From Vermamoeba vermiformis (Eukaryota): a DNA stretch of 64,000 bases. The position numbers and the translations under genes were made by a program. Below the pieces are notes generated by a model, which was given only the letters and a program-made list of their open reading frames with translations, was not told the origin of the DNA and did no database searches. Where the stretch lies: the NCBI GenBank assembly GCA_045837725.1, contig JBEWZL010000208.1, positions 124,001 through 188,000 of the forward strand, in the 5' to 3' direction. Of the stretch, positions 11,306 through 25,000 are shown piece by piece. Every line of letters begins with the position of its first letter. The first letter of the stretch is position 1.

Positions 11306-13366
11306 TCAGTCCTCGCTTGTACAGCAGATATTTTGCTGTACACAAAAATTAATTGATATTATTAATTAGTAGGTTTTTTTTTGCTTACGTCCATGATCTT
11401 CAATTAAGTACGCAGTCTCTCCAGGTAAAAAGTTGAAGTCATATTTGTCCCTCGAAACATCCTCGCCAGTTGCCACCAAATATTTGTGCCGAGTATTCAT
11501 GCGCACGAATTCTATTCCTCGTTCATTCAATGCTTGCTCTAACGTTGCATAACTTTCGTCTGAAATCTCCGCTTCAAGCTCAACCCGCGTTAAATTCTTG
11601 CAATGACTTAACGCCTTAATAAATTCGTTGACGTCAAGTTGTCCAACGTCTAGTAATAAAACATAAGTATTATTATATTTAGGACCGTTTTGTTTTCAAT
11701 TTGACGAATGAAAAAATTTTTTTTGATTGTTTAAATCTATCAGACTAGAAAATTAGGAGCAGTAAATTTTAATTCCGTAATAATCATAGACTTACTTGCT
11801 AAGGACAAGTACTGCAACGAATTCGGGAAAAATATCGTTTGTAAAGGCACCGGAATTTGCTTCTTGCACGTGACCGAGAGCTCTTTTAAGCGCGAAAACA
11901 CGTCTAATTGGGACCACAACGATTTTTCTTTTGTTTTGATGAATTTCGGCGAGCCGACTGCAAGTGAAGTCAATTGTGTCAATGCAAATATCTTGCTGTC
12001 AACTCGAAACTGATAGAGTTTTTCCAAATTAGTCAATTTGACCAAATTAGGTGCGTCAATGCTGTAAATTTGCATATCTGTGACACGTGTCATATTTGAC
12101 ACGAAACTCGGTTTGACGTAGAACGGAACAACTGTTTTGAACGTTTTGACGTTCAATTTGGCCATATTATCGAGGAAATTATTGTCGTAATACCTAGAAA
12201 ATACTCGCGTTAGTACGTACAATTGCTATTTACGGGCTTTGTTGTATCATCGGTTGATCGGGCTAAAAAACTTGAAGTCTCAGCATTCGTTTTCATTTAC
12301 ACATAAATGAAGTTCCATATGAATGTAATATTGGCAGGTATCAATATAAGGATATTATTTTTGATCGAATGTCAAAATATGGTCAGAAATTTTTCGGATC
12401 CGCAGAAAATTAATTGACCACGTAAATTGCGGGCTATAGTTGCTAATAAAAAACTTTGCAATGATTTATCGCAATGCTTACCACGCATCAAAGCCATATA
12501 AGTACAAATAAGTCAAGTTCTTGAGATATGCCAATGTGTCAATGAACGTGTGATAATATTTCACGACAGTCAGATCTGTTAAACTCTTGCAAAGTCTTAA
12601 ACATCGCTCGTAGGGATATGACAGCGTATCGCATTCGAAACTCTGCAAAATCGACCAATCAGAAACTAGCTCGAAACTTAAACTTCATCCGTGAAAAAAT
12701 TTTCGCATTGAATTATAACCAATTATAATATAATGAATATTTTGATAATATACATATTATTTTCAGCATAATTGAGTCGATTAGAAGTTTTACAATTAAA
12801 GGCAAAATTGTTACCGTTAAATTTGAAGGCAGATCCGCCATAATGCCAGGATTTTCAGCAGTAATGCGCATTCGTTTGTATTTTCTTGCCAAAAATGGTA
12901 ATAATCGGAATAAACTATCAGCTCTGTAGTCCTTGGTTATCTTGACTGTGTATGAATCGACTGTTACGAAGAACCACTGTGCGAATGCTTTCGACGTACA
13001 GCATAGCCTGTAATATTATAATTTGTTATTTATATTATTATTATTTAAATATTGGCCCTTTTACTTGCACGGTAAAGGAGCTTAAAATAATAGCATTTTT
13101 AATTATGAAAAAACAAACGTTCCATAATAGCACCAATAATAAGTTCATAGTATATGCAGAATTATTATATATTTTTCTTACTTGTAAAATACGTTTTCGT
13201 CAACAACAATGAAAGATCCGATCAGCAACAAAACTTCCGTTGGCAATTCCGCCAAGTACCCAAGCCCTTCGTAATTGAGATTGCCTAGATAATAGAGCGC
13301 TACATTGTTAGGATACACATCCATAGGTTCGTCATCGGGAGGTCCTTCATAATCGTGTTCTTCCAT
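11306..13366 (-). CDS. F-box protein with degenerate LRR-like C-terminal region, multi-exon
   Basis: N-terminal LAELPTEVLLLIGSF is F-box-like. Downstream exons have LxxLxxLxL-type segments (LTNLEKL, LTQLTSL, SLQYLSL). The 3' end is approximate. Confidence 0.65.
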
Positions 13367-13418
13367 TTTGAATTTAGTTTTGAATGCATAAGCACGGCGC
13401 TTTCTTTTAATAATATTA

Positions 13419-14267
13419 ATGTCGCTGCTATCATTTCATAAATTAACAAGCTGGGCTTCTATAGCACTGCAAGCTATGGGATGCGCTTACATACTGGAAA
13501 AACATGTCTACATCCGGAAGGTAATGCACTAATTTCCCTCCAAAAAATCTAAAAAAATCAATTATAACCTTTTACGTTACATTCATATACGGAAAAATTG
13601 TTTGAACTATTTCAGACTCAATAACAATTATACTAATATTTTTTACCGGTTTGTTTTCAGATCCGGATCTGACAAATCTTTTGCATCATAGGGTAGCGGT
13701 CAATCAATGCTTCCAACCTTCAATCCATACGATTTTATATTCGGCGAAGCAATTAGCTTCAAATACTTCTCGCGCCCATTAAAAATTGGAGACGTTGTAA
13801 TCTTCACCTCGCCCGTGAATGGACGAGACCTTTATTTAAAGCGAATAACTGCCTTAGTACGTATTATGATAATATTTACTAGTATATTTTCACATTAACT
13901 AAGCTATCATTAATTTTAGGCCGGAGATAAAATTAGACCTGACGAGACTTTCGAATACAATTACGGAGACGATGAGTATTATAGTGTAAGCTAGTCGTAA
14001 GATTATTTAATAGCAATTATGGTGCTTAATAAGGATATTATAGATTCCATACGGCCACATCTGGGTCGAGGGCGATAACAAAACTGAGTCGTTAGATTCA
14101 CGGAGTTACGGACCTGTTCCGGCCAATTTAGTGCGGTACCGTGTTGCAGCAAAGGTATGTTATATACTTATTTATGTAATTAGCGTACTGACGTGGTGCA
14201 GATCGGTTGGCCTTTGCAGTGGGGTTACGATCCGAAAAAAGTAACCAACAGAAAAGTTGACCTGTAG
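13419..14267 (+). CDS. Mitochondrial inner membrane peptidase IMP1/IMP2-like (peptidase S26)
   Basis: Spliced motifs GQSMLPT (catalytic Ser), GDVVIF, YLKRITAL (catalytic Lys) and IPYGHIWVEGDN..SLDSRSYGPVP. Confidence 0.88.
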
Positions 14268-14414
14268 GCGAATGTATGTATATTATGTAAATAGTATTTC
14301 CACCTTGCTCAATATTTCTATTAATCGGGGCCAATCTGTGCCTTGACAAAAACCTCGTTCTCTTTCAGATCTGAAAAATTTATTTCGTAACTTTTAGTGC
14401 TATTAAAGGCAACA

Positions 14415-17400
14415 ATGGACTTATCGGATTGGTTTTCTGATTTTTTAAATAAGAAACTTGAGAGTTCAAAGTTGCAGCCTTGGGAAGAATACGAAGATCG
14501 ACACCGATATGAGGACGAAGCCCCAGTACGCACGTACCTTGATCCTGAATGGTATAAGAAGGAAAGAGATGTGAAGAAATATATTCCAAAATTATCAGCC
14601 ATTGCACTTGGCTCCGTTGTGAAGATGGTGAACGAGATCGCCACATCTGAATCTGGTAAGGTTTATTTCCCAAAATATTATCATAAATATAGCAAAATTA
14701 ATTATTATTGTTCCCCGCGCTATCTCGTATTTTTATCAAGATTTTGAAAATCTAAGTTGAAAAAAATAGGCGCAAAAACTTAAGTTGTACAAAATCTTTT
14801 TTCAGGCTCTGAACAATTAAGATTGCTTCGCAAACAAATGCCCGAGCATTTATTGCACAGATTATTGTCTCAGCTCTCGTTCTCTGCCCTTCGTAATTTC
14901 CTAGAATTGCCCTCCGTATCTTCGTACTTCGAGTTCACGGATCCCAACTTGAATCTCACTACGTTGTTGGGAAGGTACGTTAAATTCATTCATATATTTC
15001 AATCATATTAACCCGATCTTTAGCATTAAGCAAGAAGAAGATTTTTATCGATACCTTTACCATCTGCATCCAGAACACCCGTTCTTAAAGAGGACGGAGA
15101 AAGACGTTCTTATTAATGTCTTTGATAATTCATCTGCTTTTCAATTTGGCAATAATGAGGTATGCACACAATATTATAGCGAAACAAAATTCGTGCTGAT
15201 CCGGATTAGGTTTTAGAAACAATTCCAACGATCACGTGCTCGGAAACTTTGTATACCCGCAACGGATCCTCTTCAATCAATGACAGAAGCACCTTTGATA
15301 AGCGATGGGAGATGATCACGAACGGTTGTTTTGCGAATCTGAATTGGGACAACGTCTTTATTGCCGGTGGCTCAGTCTTGCATTGCTTGAGATCGTTTAC
15401 CGACGAAGAATTCGATTCCGTTATTAATAATGAAGAGGATGCAACTGACGAATATGAGCCTAAGGCTCTACATACTATATTTCCAAAGAGTCTGTTTGAA
15501 TGGGACGGACAGCGCTACAGAAAACTCGATTTCGATTTGTTCATTTACGGATTAAGCGAAGAGAACACTAAGAATAAGGTATAATATCATATTTAATGCA
15601 GAATGTATATTAATGCTGGATCAGGTCCTGGAGATCTACGAAAGTATTTTAAAAGTTCAACCACAAGCTCATGCTGCCATAACGACCAATACAGTTACTA
15701 TATTTGGCCCTAAGGGTTTCAAACCTATTCAAATAATTTTATGCCTCCACAAATCTCCAGCTGAAGTCCTGCTTAATTTCGATCTGAATTGTGTAACGGT
15801 CGGATTCGATGGGCACAATGTACTAGCATTGCCAAAATTCATATTGGCTATGAAGTATGGACGTAATTATTTGGATAGTAATATGAATACTGCTGCTAAG
15901 CTCCAGTATTATCGTCTGCTCAAGTACGCTTGTCGTGGATTTCCTACTGCTTTGCCTGTTCATTTCAGAATGCACGGTTATTTTGGTAAATATTAAACCC
16001 TCGTTGTTGTATATATTACTAATAAGTTAAACAGATCAAGAAATACCCTCTCAAGACGAACTTGCCGAAGATCCGTCGCATCCAGTGTTCTACTACATTA
16101 GCGAGCTTCTGCATTTGGCAAAGAGAGTGCTAATTACTAGCAAGTACGGAGAAGATTCCGTCGAACAATATCATTGGGAAGACCTGTGGCAACGAGGGTA
16201 CGTAGAAAACTCAAAAATTAATAAAATTGATAAAAATTCTTTCTAACGTTCTGTTAGCATTACAATCAACCAGCGCAGACACGCTGGTCCAAATAGAAAC
16301 AAATTCAAGGGCATTGAATTGCCTATTCCAGTAAGTCATATATTTAATTTAATGGTTAATTTCTAATAAATTCTTCAGCTTGAAGAGGATCTGTCCGTCT
16401 TTACTACACGCGCTATGAAACCGTTATACCTTGAACCGCCCAAGTACGATAATTTGCCGGTAGATTTCAATACTGAACTAGAGGATCAAATGTATACATT
16501 AAAACAAATGGCTGGCGGGAAGGTAAAAATCCATTTTCGATTTGCCCGGGAGACGGTTTAATTTATCTTTAATCAACTACTAATCATTCGTATTTGTAGA
16601 TTATTCGTCCTAAAGAACCATCAGCGCTTGTCTCTGGTCTCGCCAACAAAAGGGTTTTATTCTACAACGACGGTACGCGTTCGGATTTGAATAACTAATA
16701 CATGATCCTAATTTACGTATATTTAGATGAAAATTTGCAGCCGTTCTATTTGAACTCATTTGTAGAGACGAAGAGCTGCACGCCGGATGTGGATCACATG
16801 AACAATCCTTACTCAGGCATCAACACGTCTCTGGCTACTGTAGAATATATCACTCAAACTGTTACATTGCATATTGAAGAGTATTCGAACGTAGAATATG
16901 GAAGAATTTACTCGGAGCCATTTGAATTGTCAGGCGCAAAATGGTACGGCTTACGTCAGCTAAAATCCGTCGCTAATATCATACAGGAAATTATCACTGC
17001 AGTCTGGTAAAGGCAAGGCTATTATGTTCGTGTCCTTATCGAAGTTAGCTAAAGAGAGTAAGTATTTTTTTGAAGTCAGATCTGTTCCGAACGAAAACTA
17101 AAACTGTTGTTAGATGAAGATGAAGATGCCTTACTGCCCTCTTTATGCGCAGCCAATTTCTTAATAAGCTTTATCCATAAAGAAGAAGTAACAGAAAGAA
17201 AGAAAAGATTCAAACCGTCAATTAGTCTCGGTACGTTTTGGATCGCATCCAAGAACTAGTTTTTAATTTTTTATATCAGATGGTACCAAGTTGTTTACTG
17301 ATCGTAGTAATACTTGGTCTACTTTCTTGCATGGCGTTTATATCGACGCTGACGCAAAGAATCCGTACCAAGTTCAACTTCCAAAACACAAAATAGAATG

Positions 17401-17476
17401 CATAGAAGAGGATCGTATCAGAATCGAAGTTACTATCCAAGCTCTTAAGATAACTACGCCTTCTATTGCGCTTTAA
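14415..17476 (+). CDS. Nucleotidyltransferase-fold-like protein with a C-terminal MATH/TRAF-like domain, multi-exon
   Basis: Motifs LNWDNVFIAGGSV, LDFDLFIYGL, PIQIIL, LLNFDLNCVTVGFDG and RLLKYACRGF. The C-terminal YSEPFELSGAKWKLSL ... DRIRIEVTI resembles the first and last strands of MATH. Confidence 0.65.
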
Positions 17477-17596
17477 TAATAATAGTTGGATCCACGACTT
17501 TTTCATTTTCATGAACGGATGCCGAGATTTTTTTTGTGATTTTAATCCTTAATAAATTATTTAGCCGTCAGTGGCTTTAATACTTTGATCGCAACT

Positions 17597-20500
17597 ATGG
17601 AGACCACTATTAATCCCAGTACTAATAATATCAAGCTTCAAAATCGAAGTTTGACCGTGAACGATCTGAAGGCTCAACGAGAAGCTGAACTTCGCGAACA
17701 AAATAAAGCAAAATTAGAAGATCAACGTAAAAAATTCAATGACATCGCGGAGGAGAAGGCCAAGGGTATGCCGCTAAATTTGTAATTAATTGATTTTCTA
17801 ACCGTTATTTTGTTTCGGCGGATCAGAGGAGAAAATGCGCATTATTTTCGATAAATTGGATTTAAATAAGGATAATTCGATCTCACCCGAAGAGTTCGAG
17901 AAAATGCTGCTGTCTTGGGGTAACACAAATTGAATTAATTACCCGATCCGTTGCTCAACTTATTTCTTTACCATTGTAGGGTTAGAATTTAGCAAAGAGA
18001 ATATCGAACATATTCTTAAGAGCTTTTCCAATACCAACAAGGCATCATTGAATTTTTCTGAATTTAAAACCATTACCGAGTTCTTAATCAGAATCAAATC
18101 AACTTTTTTGAAGTATGACATGGATAATAACGGCAATATTGATAAACCGAATGTATCCAAAGCGCTCGAAGAGTTAGCCTTCAAACTGCCTTTGGATTCG
18201 CTTAAAAAACTGACCACGCTTTTCGACGTTGACAAGAGGCAAGTATTTTCGTAAAAATCGGCTAAATTATTAAATTTATTAATTTAAATTCAAATTTAGT
18301 GGAGAGACGGAGTTTCAAGAATTTATCTCGCTCATGTTGTACATCAACGATCTTCAAAAGCTATTTTTAGGCGCAGACAAGGACCGATCTAACATCCTCG
18401 GTAAGAATATTACCATAAAAGGCAATGGCTATTGTTATTAACCGAGTGTTAGATGCTGCGGAATTGCACGCTTTACTTCGTACGATGGGCATTGCCTTGA
18501 CACCCTTAGAAATCGAGATTTTTATGTCGAAGATCGCTCCTGAAGCCAAAAAAGGCATTGACTTTGCCGGATTTGTCGATTTGATGCTCAAACTGCGCGA
18601 TCAACGTGAAAAAATCGCCGAAGGTAAGGCCTTGACACAATTCAACAAGAAAAAGTAGTTAAAGTCACGTGCAAAATATCCTAGTACGGCTGGCGATATC
18701 TCCTTTTTGCCGGGCGAGACTCTTGTGATGAAATGAGGTGATTGCTAATTCTTTTGTTTTTGACCAGAGGCTCGCAAACAGCGCGAAGAAAGCAAAAAAC
18801 ACTTGTCCGCCAAGCCACTCAAAGAGACAGCGAACAGTTTGATGGGCGCAACTTCACCGCGCGGCACAATGACTTCGCCTCGTGCTAGCGGTGCTTCTGA
18901 CGGCTACAAAGTGTTGGAGAAGAAGATCGTTGAAGAGTGCGCGAAGAGCAAGAAGTTGTGGGAAGATCCTGACTTTCCTGCTGCCCCTCAGTCACTGTAC
19001 AGAAAGCTCGCTGCTAGTACGTACTCGCTAATCCACTCAAGAGCACAAAAAAAAATTATCAAATTGATATTTTTTATTCGCACTCGAAATTCGGTCAATA
19101 ATTTTTCAACTTTCTAATTCTAACACGACAATTTAACGATTATTGTAGCTAATTTATTCATATCGTTATTTACTCTTATGATAAAAGAATTAAGTTAGAC
19201 GCGCTGAAAGGCTACTTTGCGCGGCGAATTGTACATTACTAATGTTTGAATAATTTAGAATCCAGCGAAGTCAAGTCGTGGAAGAGACCCTCTGAATTGA
19301 GTCCCAAAGCGCGCCTGTTCCAAAACGGCTGTGACGAAGGAGACATCAAGCAAGGTTCACTCGGTGATTGTTGGTTCTTGTCCGCTATTTCTGTCGTGGC
19401 TCAGCTCGGCAATGCTGAAATCGAACATTTGTTTGTCTCGCAGCATCCTGAGTGCGGATTGTAAGTATTATAAGATTTCCTTTTTAGGAAGCCTAGTCTG
19501 TGAAATTTCCAATCAAATTTGATTCTTATGCCGTGAATTTTTATTTGCAGCTATCAAGTTGGATTCTTCAAGGACCGCGAATTCACTGTAATTACTGTTG
19601 ACGATCGTATTCCTTGCGGAATTTCCGGCAGACCGATATACGCTCATTGCGCTGACTGTAAGTCCCACCATCGGAGACACCTCCGAAGTCCATCATTATT
19701 AATACTATCTTTGCAGCTGATGAATTCTGGGTGCCAATCGTTGAAAAAGCCTTTGCAAAAATGCACGGCTGTTACGAGAATATCATTGCGGGCATTCCTT
19801 CCGATGCACTTGTCGATTTGACCGGTGAAAGCGCCGAATCTCAGTAAGCTAGGTGACTTACAAATTAGGAAATAATTGATTTTAATTCGATCATTTTCAG
19901 TGAAATTGAAAATACCGACAAGTTCTGGCGAGATCTGGTGCACTTTACGAAAGAAAAATATTTGATGGGAAGTGCATGCAACAACAGAAAGAAAAGAATT
20001 GACTTGGGCATCATCGATGTAAGTCCTATTAACAATAGATAGTAAGAATTAGATTTTGGTGAAATTTGGGCTATTTTTAGGAACACGCGTATGGTGTATT
20101 TGAAGCACGTGAAGTTGAGGGCCACAAATTAGTTCGCATTAGAAACCCGTAAGAACATTATAAGACCGACACCTATTATTACATTATATACTCACTATGC
20201 TATTTTAATGCTATAGATGGGGTGGAACTGAATGGAAAGGTCGCTGGTGTGACGGATCCAAAGAATGGAATGATTTTCCTCGCGTGAAATCGATTCTCAA
20301 CCATCAGTTCGTTGACGACGGAACATTTTGGATGTGTTTTGAGGACTTTTGCCAAGAATATACCATTCTATATGTCCTCAGGTGAGTTTCAAAAACTCTA
20401 GTGGATGTGGGTCTGATCCGTTTTTTTCACAGAATGTTGACGGACAATTTCGGTGACAAGTACGAGAAGTATTCATTGGTCAGCGAATGGAAAGGCGATA

Positions 20501-21959
20501 CTGCTGGCGGTTGTATTAATAACAACACTTGGTACAAGGTAACTAAGACTAAGATCCAGATCTGACCAATCAGCAACGAGCATGACTAATTAAGCCGGTA
20601 TTTCCTTTTTTAGAACCCTCAATGGCTTATCAGCACAAACGAAAAAGAGTGTGATGTGACAGTGTCGCTGTCATTGCCTGACAGTCGTGCTGGCGGCAAT
20701 GCGACATTCCCAGCTGTGGGCATTATGATCATGGTGCACAAGAAAGGTATTATATTAATATCGGTCATAATATACGTAACATGAACAAAAATAAACAATT
20801 AAATTAACTTTGTCGGTCATTATAGGTGCCAGTACTAAGAAAATGCAATGCAAACCTGAAGAAGTTATTGTCATGCCCAACTTCAAGCCCGCCAGAGAAA
20901 GTACGACCAGCCCCTTAATTAGCCTTGAATAAGATTCTTATTAACAATTTTTTCCTTATTTAGCAACGGCATCGTTCGTGATGGCACCGGGTGAAACTTA
21001 CGCAATTATTCCGAGCACCTTCCACAAGGGCACTGAGTCCAAGTTCTTTTTGAATATTTTCTCAAAGAAAAGAATTGTTGTGAAAGAACCTGTCAGCGAG
21101 GACTTAAGTGGTCGCACAATCAAAGTAAGTCTGATTTCCTTATTTGGAAAAGTCTAACGAGATCTACCAGGGCAAGTGGGTCAAAGCGCAAAACAGCGGG
21201 TGGTTGTGCTAATCACCCGACGTGGGGATTGAACCCGCAATATGTGTTGACTGTCAAGGCAGCCGGCGAGGTCACAATAGCCCTGGAACAATTGACCGAG
21301 AACTTGACGCACATTGGATTCACTGTCATGAAAGGCGATGGCACGCAACGTCGCAGAGCGGAGATGAAAGATGCCGTTGGAAATAGCGGCAGTTTTGTCA
21401 ATTCTGCACAAGTCAGTGCTGACTTCAAATTGACACCTGGAGATTACATTGTTGTTCCGTCGACTTTCAGACCTCACGAAGAACTCGAGTTCACTATGCG
21501 CGTTGAAGGCGATGCTGTGGCCGAGTTCAAGCCCGTGTTGGAATGGGAGACTGTCACTTTCACTGGCAAATACGCCACCAAGTCCGGTGGTTGTCAAAAC
21601 AATCGCGACACTTGGATGAACAATCCCGTGTTCAAATTTGAAGTGCCAAAGAAGACTCGTCTCGGCATCACCGTCGCATTCAATGAGGACGTACAAGGTC
21701 ACCACCACGGCTTTTACATTTTTGGCAAAGAGGTCGTGAGAGGTAGGTTTTCATGAAGGGAAGATTGCCTAATTAGGAAAGTGCTAACTTGTTACTAGAT
21801 TCAATTGGTCGTAGTTCATTCGTGCCAACAACAAACGCAGTCACGCAGTACTTTGAACTCGATGTCGGCACTTATCACTTGTTGGTCTGCTCGTTCAATC
21901 CTGGCTTGGTCGGCAACTTCACCGTGACAATGTTCGCTGACGTTAAAGTCAAAATTTAA
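17597..21959 (+). CDS. Calpain-family cysteine protease: N-terminal EF-hands, CysPc catalytic domain, three calpain-III (CBSW) domains
   Basis: EF-hand loops [36 protein letters not shown] and [12 protein letters not shown]. Catalytic triad motifs [13 protein letters not shown] and IRNPWG. Three GGC..N..TW..NP starts at about 20480, 21171 and 21565. Confidence 0.9.
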
Positions 21960-22028
21960 CTCGATCGAACTATGTACGAGTAATTGTTTGTGGGAAAAGT
22001 TTTTTGTTTAATGCACCGTAGATTCTAA

Positions 22029-25000
22029 TTACAAGTTGGTTTTGGATTTGAATTGCGAGAGTAAATAATTCGCGTAGAACTCTTGATAGTAAGGAGGCAA
22101 TGTCTTCAACGTGGAAATCATTTGGTCTAATTGTTCCATTGCTTTTTCAGCCTGAACCAAGTCCTTGTTGCCATACCTAAATAATGCAACACATTAATTA
22201 CTCTCCACGGGCATAAAAATCTACATTACGTACAAATCTTTTTTAGTGTAAGCCTCGTCCTCTAAGTGCTTGTAGAACACGTTGATGGAGATTGAAGGAC
22301 TCAATGTAATGACGTTGTGCCACCAACAAGCAGGAATGTACAAAATATCTCCGGGCTCCAACACGCACTCCATGGAATTAGCTTTAGCGAACTTGGGGAA
22401 CTTTTCCAAATCGGGATTATCAATGTCCAGCACTTTAGAGGTCGAGCCTAAAAAATTGTTTTTCTGAGTTTCACGTACTATAATTTCCATAAAAGGCAAG
22501 GGCGTACCAGTCACGTAAAGGTGCTTGACTTCTTTAGGCTCCCACAGCACAACTTTCTTGCTGCCCACAACTTGACAGAGAATGTTGTCCATCACGTCGT
22601 AATGAGTCCACATGCGAATGTCTTGTGAGCTGATGCGGAACACGCTCGAGAAGATTTTTTCCTAATTTGGAAATATTAGTCATATTCTTAGTAAAACGTA
22701 AAACCATTCTGTTTTCTAAATTTGGCAATGCGTACCTTGATAATAGCGAATTGCTCGGGAATTTCAAAGTCATTTGCCAAATCAGGGAATGATCTCCAAA
22801 TGTCCGAGACATCTTTGCGCGGGTTCTCGCCAATCGATCTGAAGTAATATCGGTCATTGTTCTCCTCCTTTTGTTCAGTGAAAACTTTGTCCATGAACTC
22901 CGGAAAAGTGACGGTGATGAACTCGTAGTTTTTGTTCACGAAATCTAAAATTGGCTGCTTTGAGATTCGCACAGAGACCTTTGATTCGATGCACTTCGTC
23001 TTCAAATATTCCGCGGTCCATTTTTCCGTGCATTGACCAATCTTGAATCCACGAATCAGAACTGGTCTTCTATTGGCCATCATCTCTTCGATCTTTGCAG
23101 GCGATGGATTTGTTTCGATTGGTACTTCAGATTTGACACCGATCATTTTCACTGAACGAGGGATATTTCCATACCCGGGAATCTTTGACACATCGGGAAC
23201 GGGAATCTCGAACGAAGCACGTGGAGTGATGACATTAGCGTTGAGTGTGAGGACTTTGACGGGGTTCAAATGCGTGCCGAATGAGAAGCACAGCGCGCCA
23301 CCGCCAATGAGAACAATTTTGCGCTCGTTGATGAGACTAGCGGTGTGTTTGACGAAAATAGCTGGCGTACCAACATCATAGTAGAGCTTGGTCCATCGAT
23401 AATTCTATCAGAGGATGTCAGTTAGATAATAGTCATGGCAATTATTAGGCGTTAGTACGTACCTCAAGATTGAGCAAGTACAAGAAAGTGGTGCCTCTCT
23501 TCGAGCAACCACCAATGAGCAGCACACTTTTGCCTTGTTTGGTGAAGTTCACATCAGACGGGTTCATTTGCTCGTTGTCAATCAACACGGCCGAGTGCGA
23601 GAACAAGCTCGTCGGAAGTTGTCCAGTGCCTTTGACAGACGTCCAGTGGTCCGTGTCAAACAAGAACGTGTCACCAAAGTACCGGTTCATTTGATTGGCA
23701 CCTCCACAGACCATCACCTGATTCGGGGCAATGAGCGTAGCTGTGTGCGAGAATCGAGGGCTGGGTGTGAATTCGGATAAAGATAGACTGGAGCTCTTCG
23801 CCTTATACGTGAAGTTGAAGCCCGTGCTTGGGTCACTGTTCGGCTGCATCGTCAACTCGATGATGTAGCTGTCATTCAATGCCGTGATAGCGTTGCTAAC
23901 AACATCAACTACGTAATTATTATGGTTAGCTACTATTTTCTGAAAATTGTAAAAAATAAGTGTCGTACCTCCGCGACCGCCAAACACGAGGAACTTGAAT
24001 ACTTTGCTCTTGTCCTCGGCAACATAATGGGCGAATAATGTTAGAGGAATGTCGCCAGCGAGGAGAAGGTTGGTTTCCTGTAATCTCAATCTGCTTCCAT
24101 CTCATGGTTGGCGATTTCTCCAGGTTCAATCTGGTCTCCAACACGAACAAATCTCCGAACGGCTGCGTCGGGCCTTTAATACAAAACAAGGTTTAAACTT
24201 GGTCTTTACGTGCAATTTGAGTTGTTTTAACTTACTGGCACGACCTCCGAAGAGCAACATTTTGTCGCCATCAAAAACTTCGGCCGCGTGGAACATTCGT
24301 TTCTCGGGTATGTTGCCACTAGCCTCCATCAATTGACACTGAAATAAACGTTAGTAGCTGATCAGCAAGGACGGCTATATCTATCTTACATTGAAAGACT
24401 CGGGTTCTACAAGTACTAAGTCGTTCAATCTTTGTTGCTTTGAGTCACCACCGAAACCACCAAAGATCAGAATTTGATGGCCTGTCACTACTACTGCACT
24501 ATGACCCCATCTCTTAAGTGAAGAAGATCGACCACTCAACTTAGGATCAGAGTAGTGAACAGATTCTGCGAGGTTAAGAAATGGTCAGAAAGAAGTCACG
24601 TGACATTTTTGCAACATACCAAAGGGCTTCATTTCCTTCAACTCGCCGTCGTAAGTCTCATCAAACTCGAGTTTCTTCGGGAAGTATTCGCTCAGCTGAT
24701 CGAACATGGCCCAATCTTTGTTGTGTTCCTTCGAGGCCAAGCTGATCGCGTAATGTCCGCACTTAATGTTCCACTCCTCGTACTCGTCAAAATCCTCCAA
24801 CTGTTCAATTCGCTGAACCTCCTCAAGCCCTATCGAGTGCTTGTAGAACGACAACAAATCCGCGACCGTGCATCGGTCAAACCCAAGCTTGGTGTATCTG
24901 TCACGCATCAACTTGACGCTGCAGTACAGCTTAGTGCCGAACAGAGGTGAGCCACGGCCTTTGAGTGTCTGTAACATCACACGTCCGAACGCGTCCTAAT

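Noticed and set aside
21181-21708. 175-aa minus-strand ORF
   Set aside because: Antisense to a calpain domain-III exon with clear motifs.
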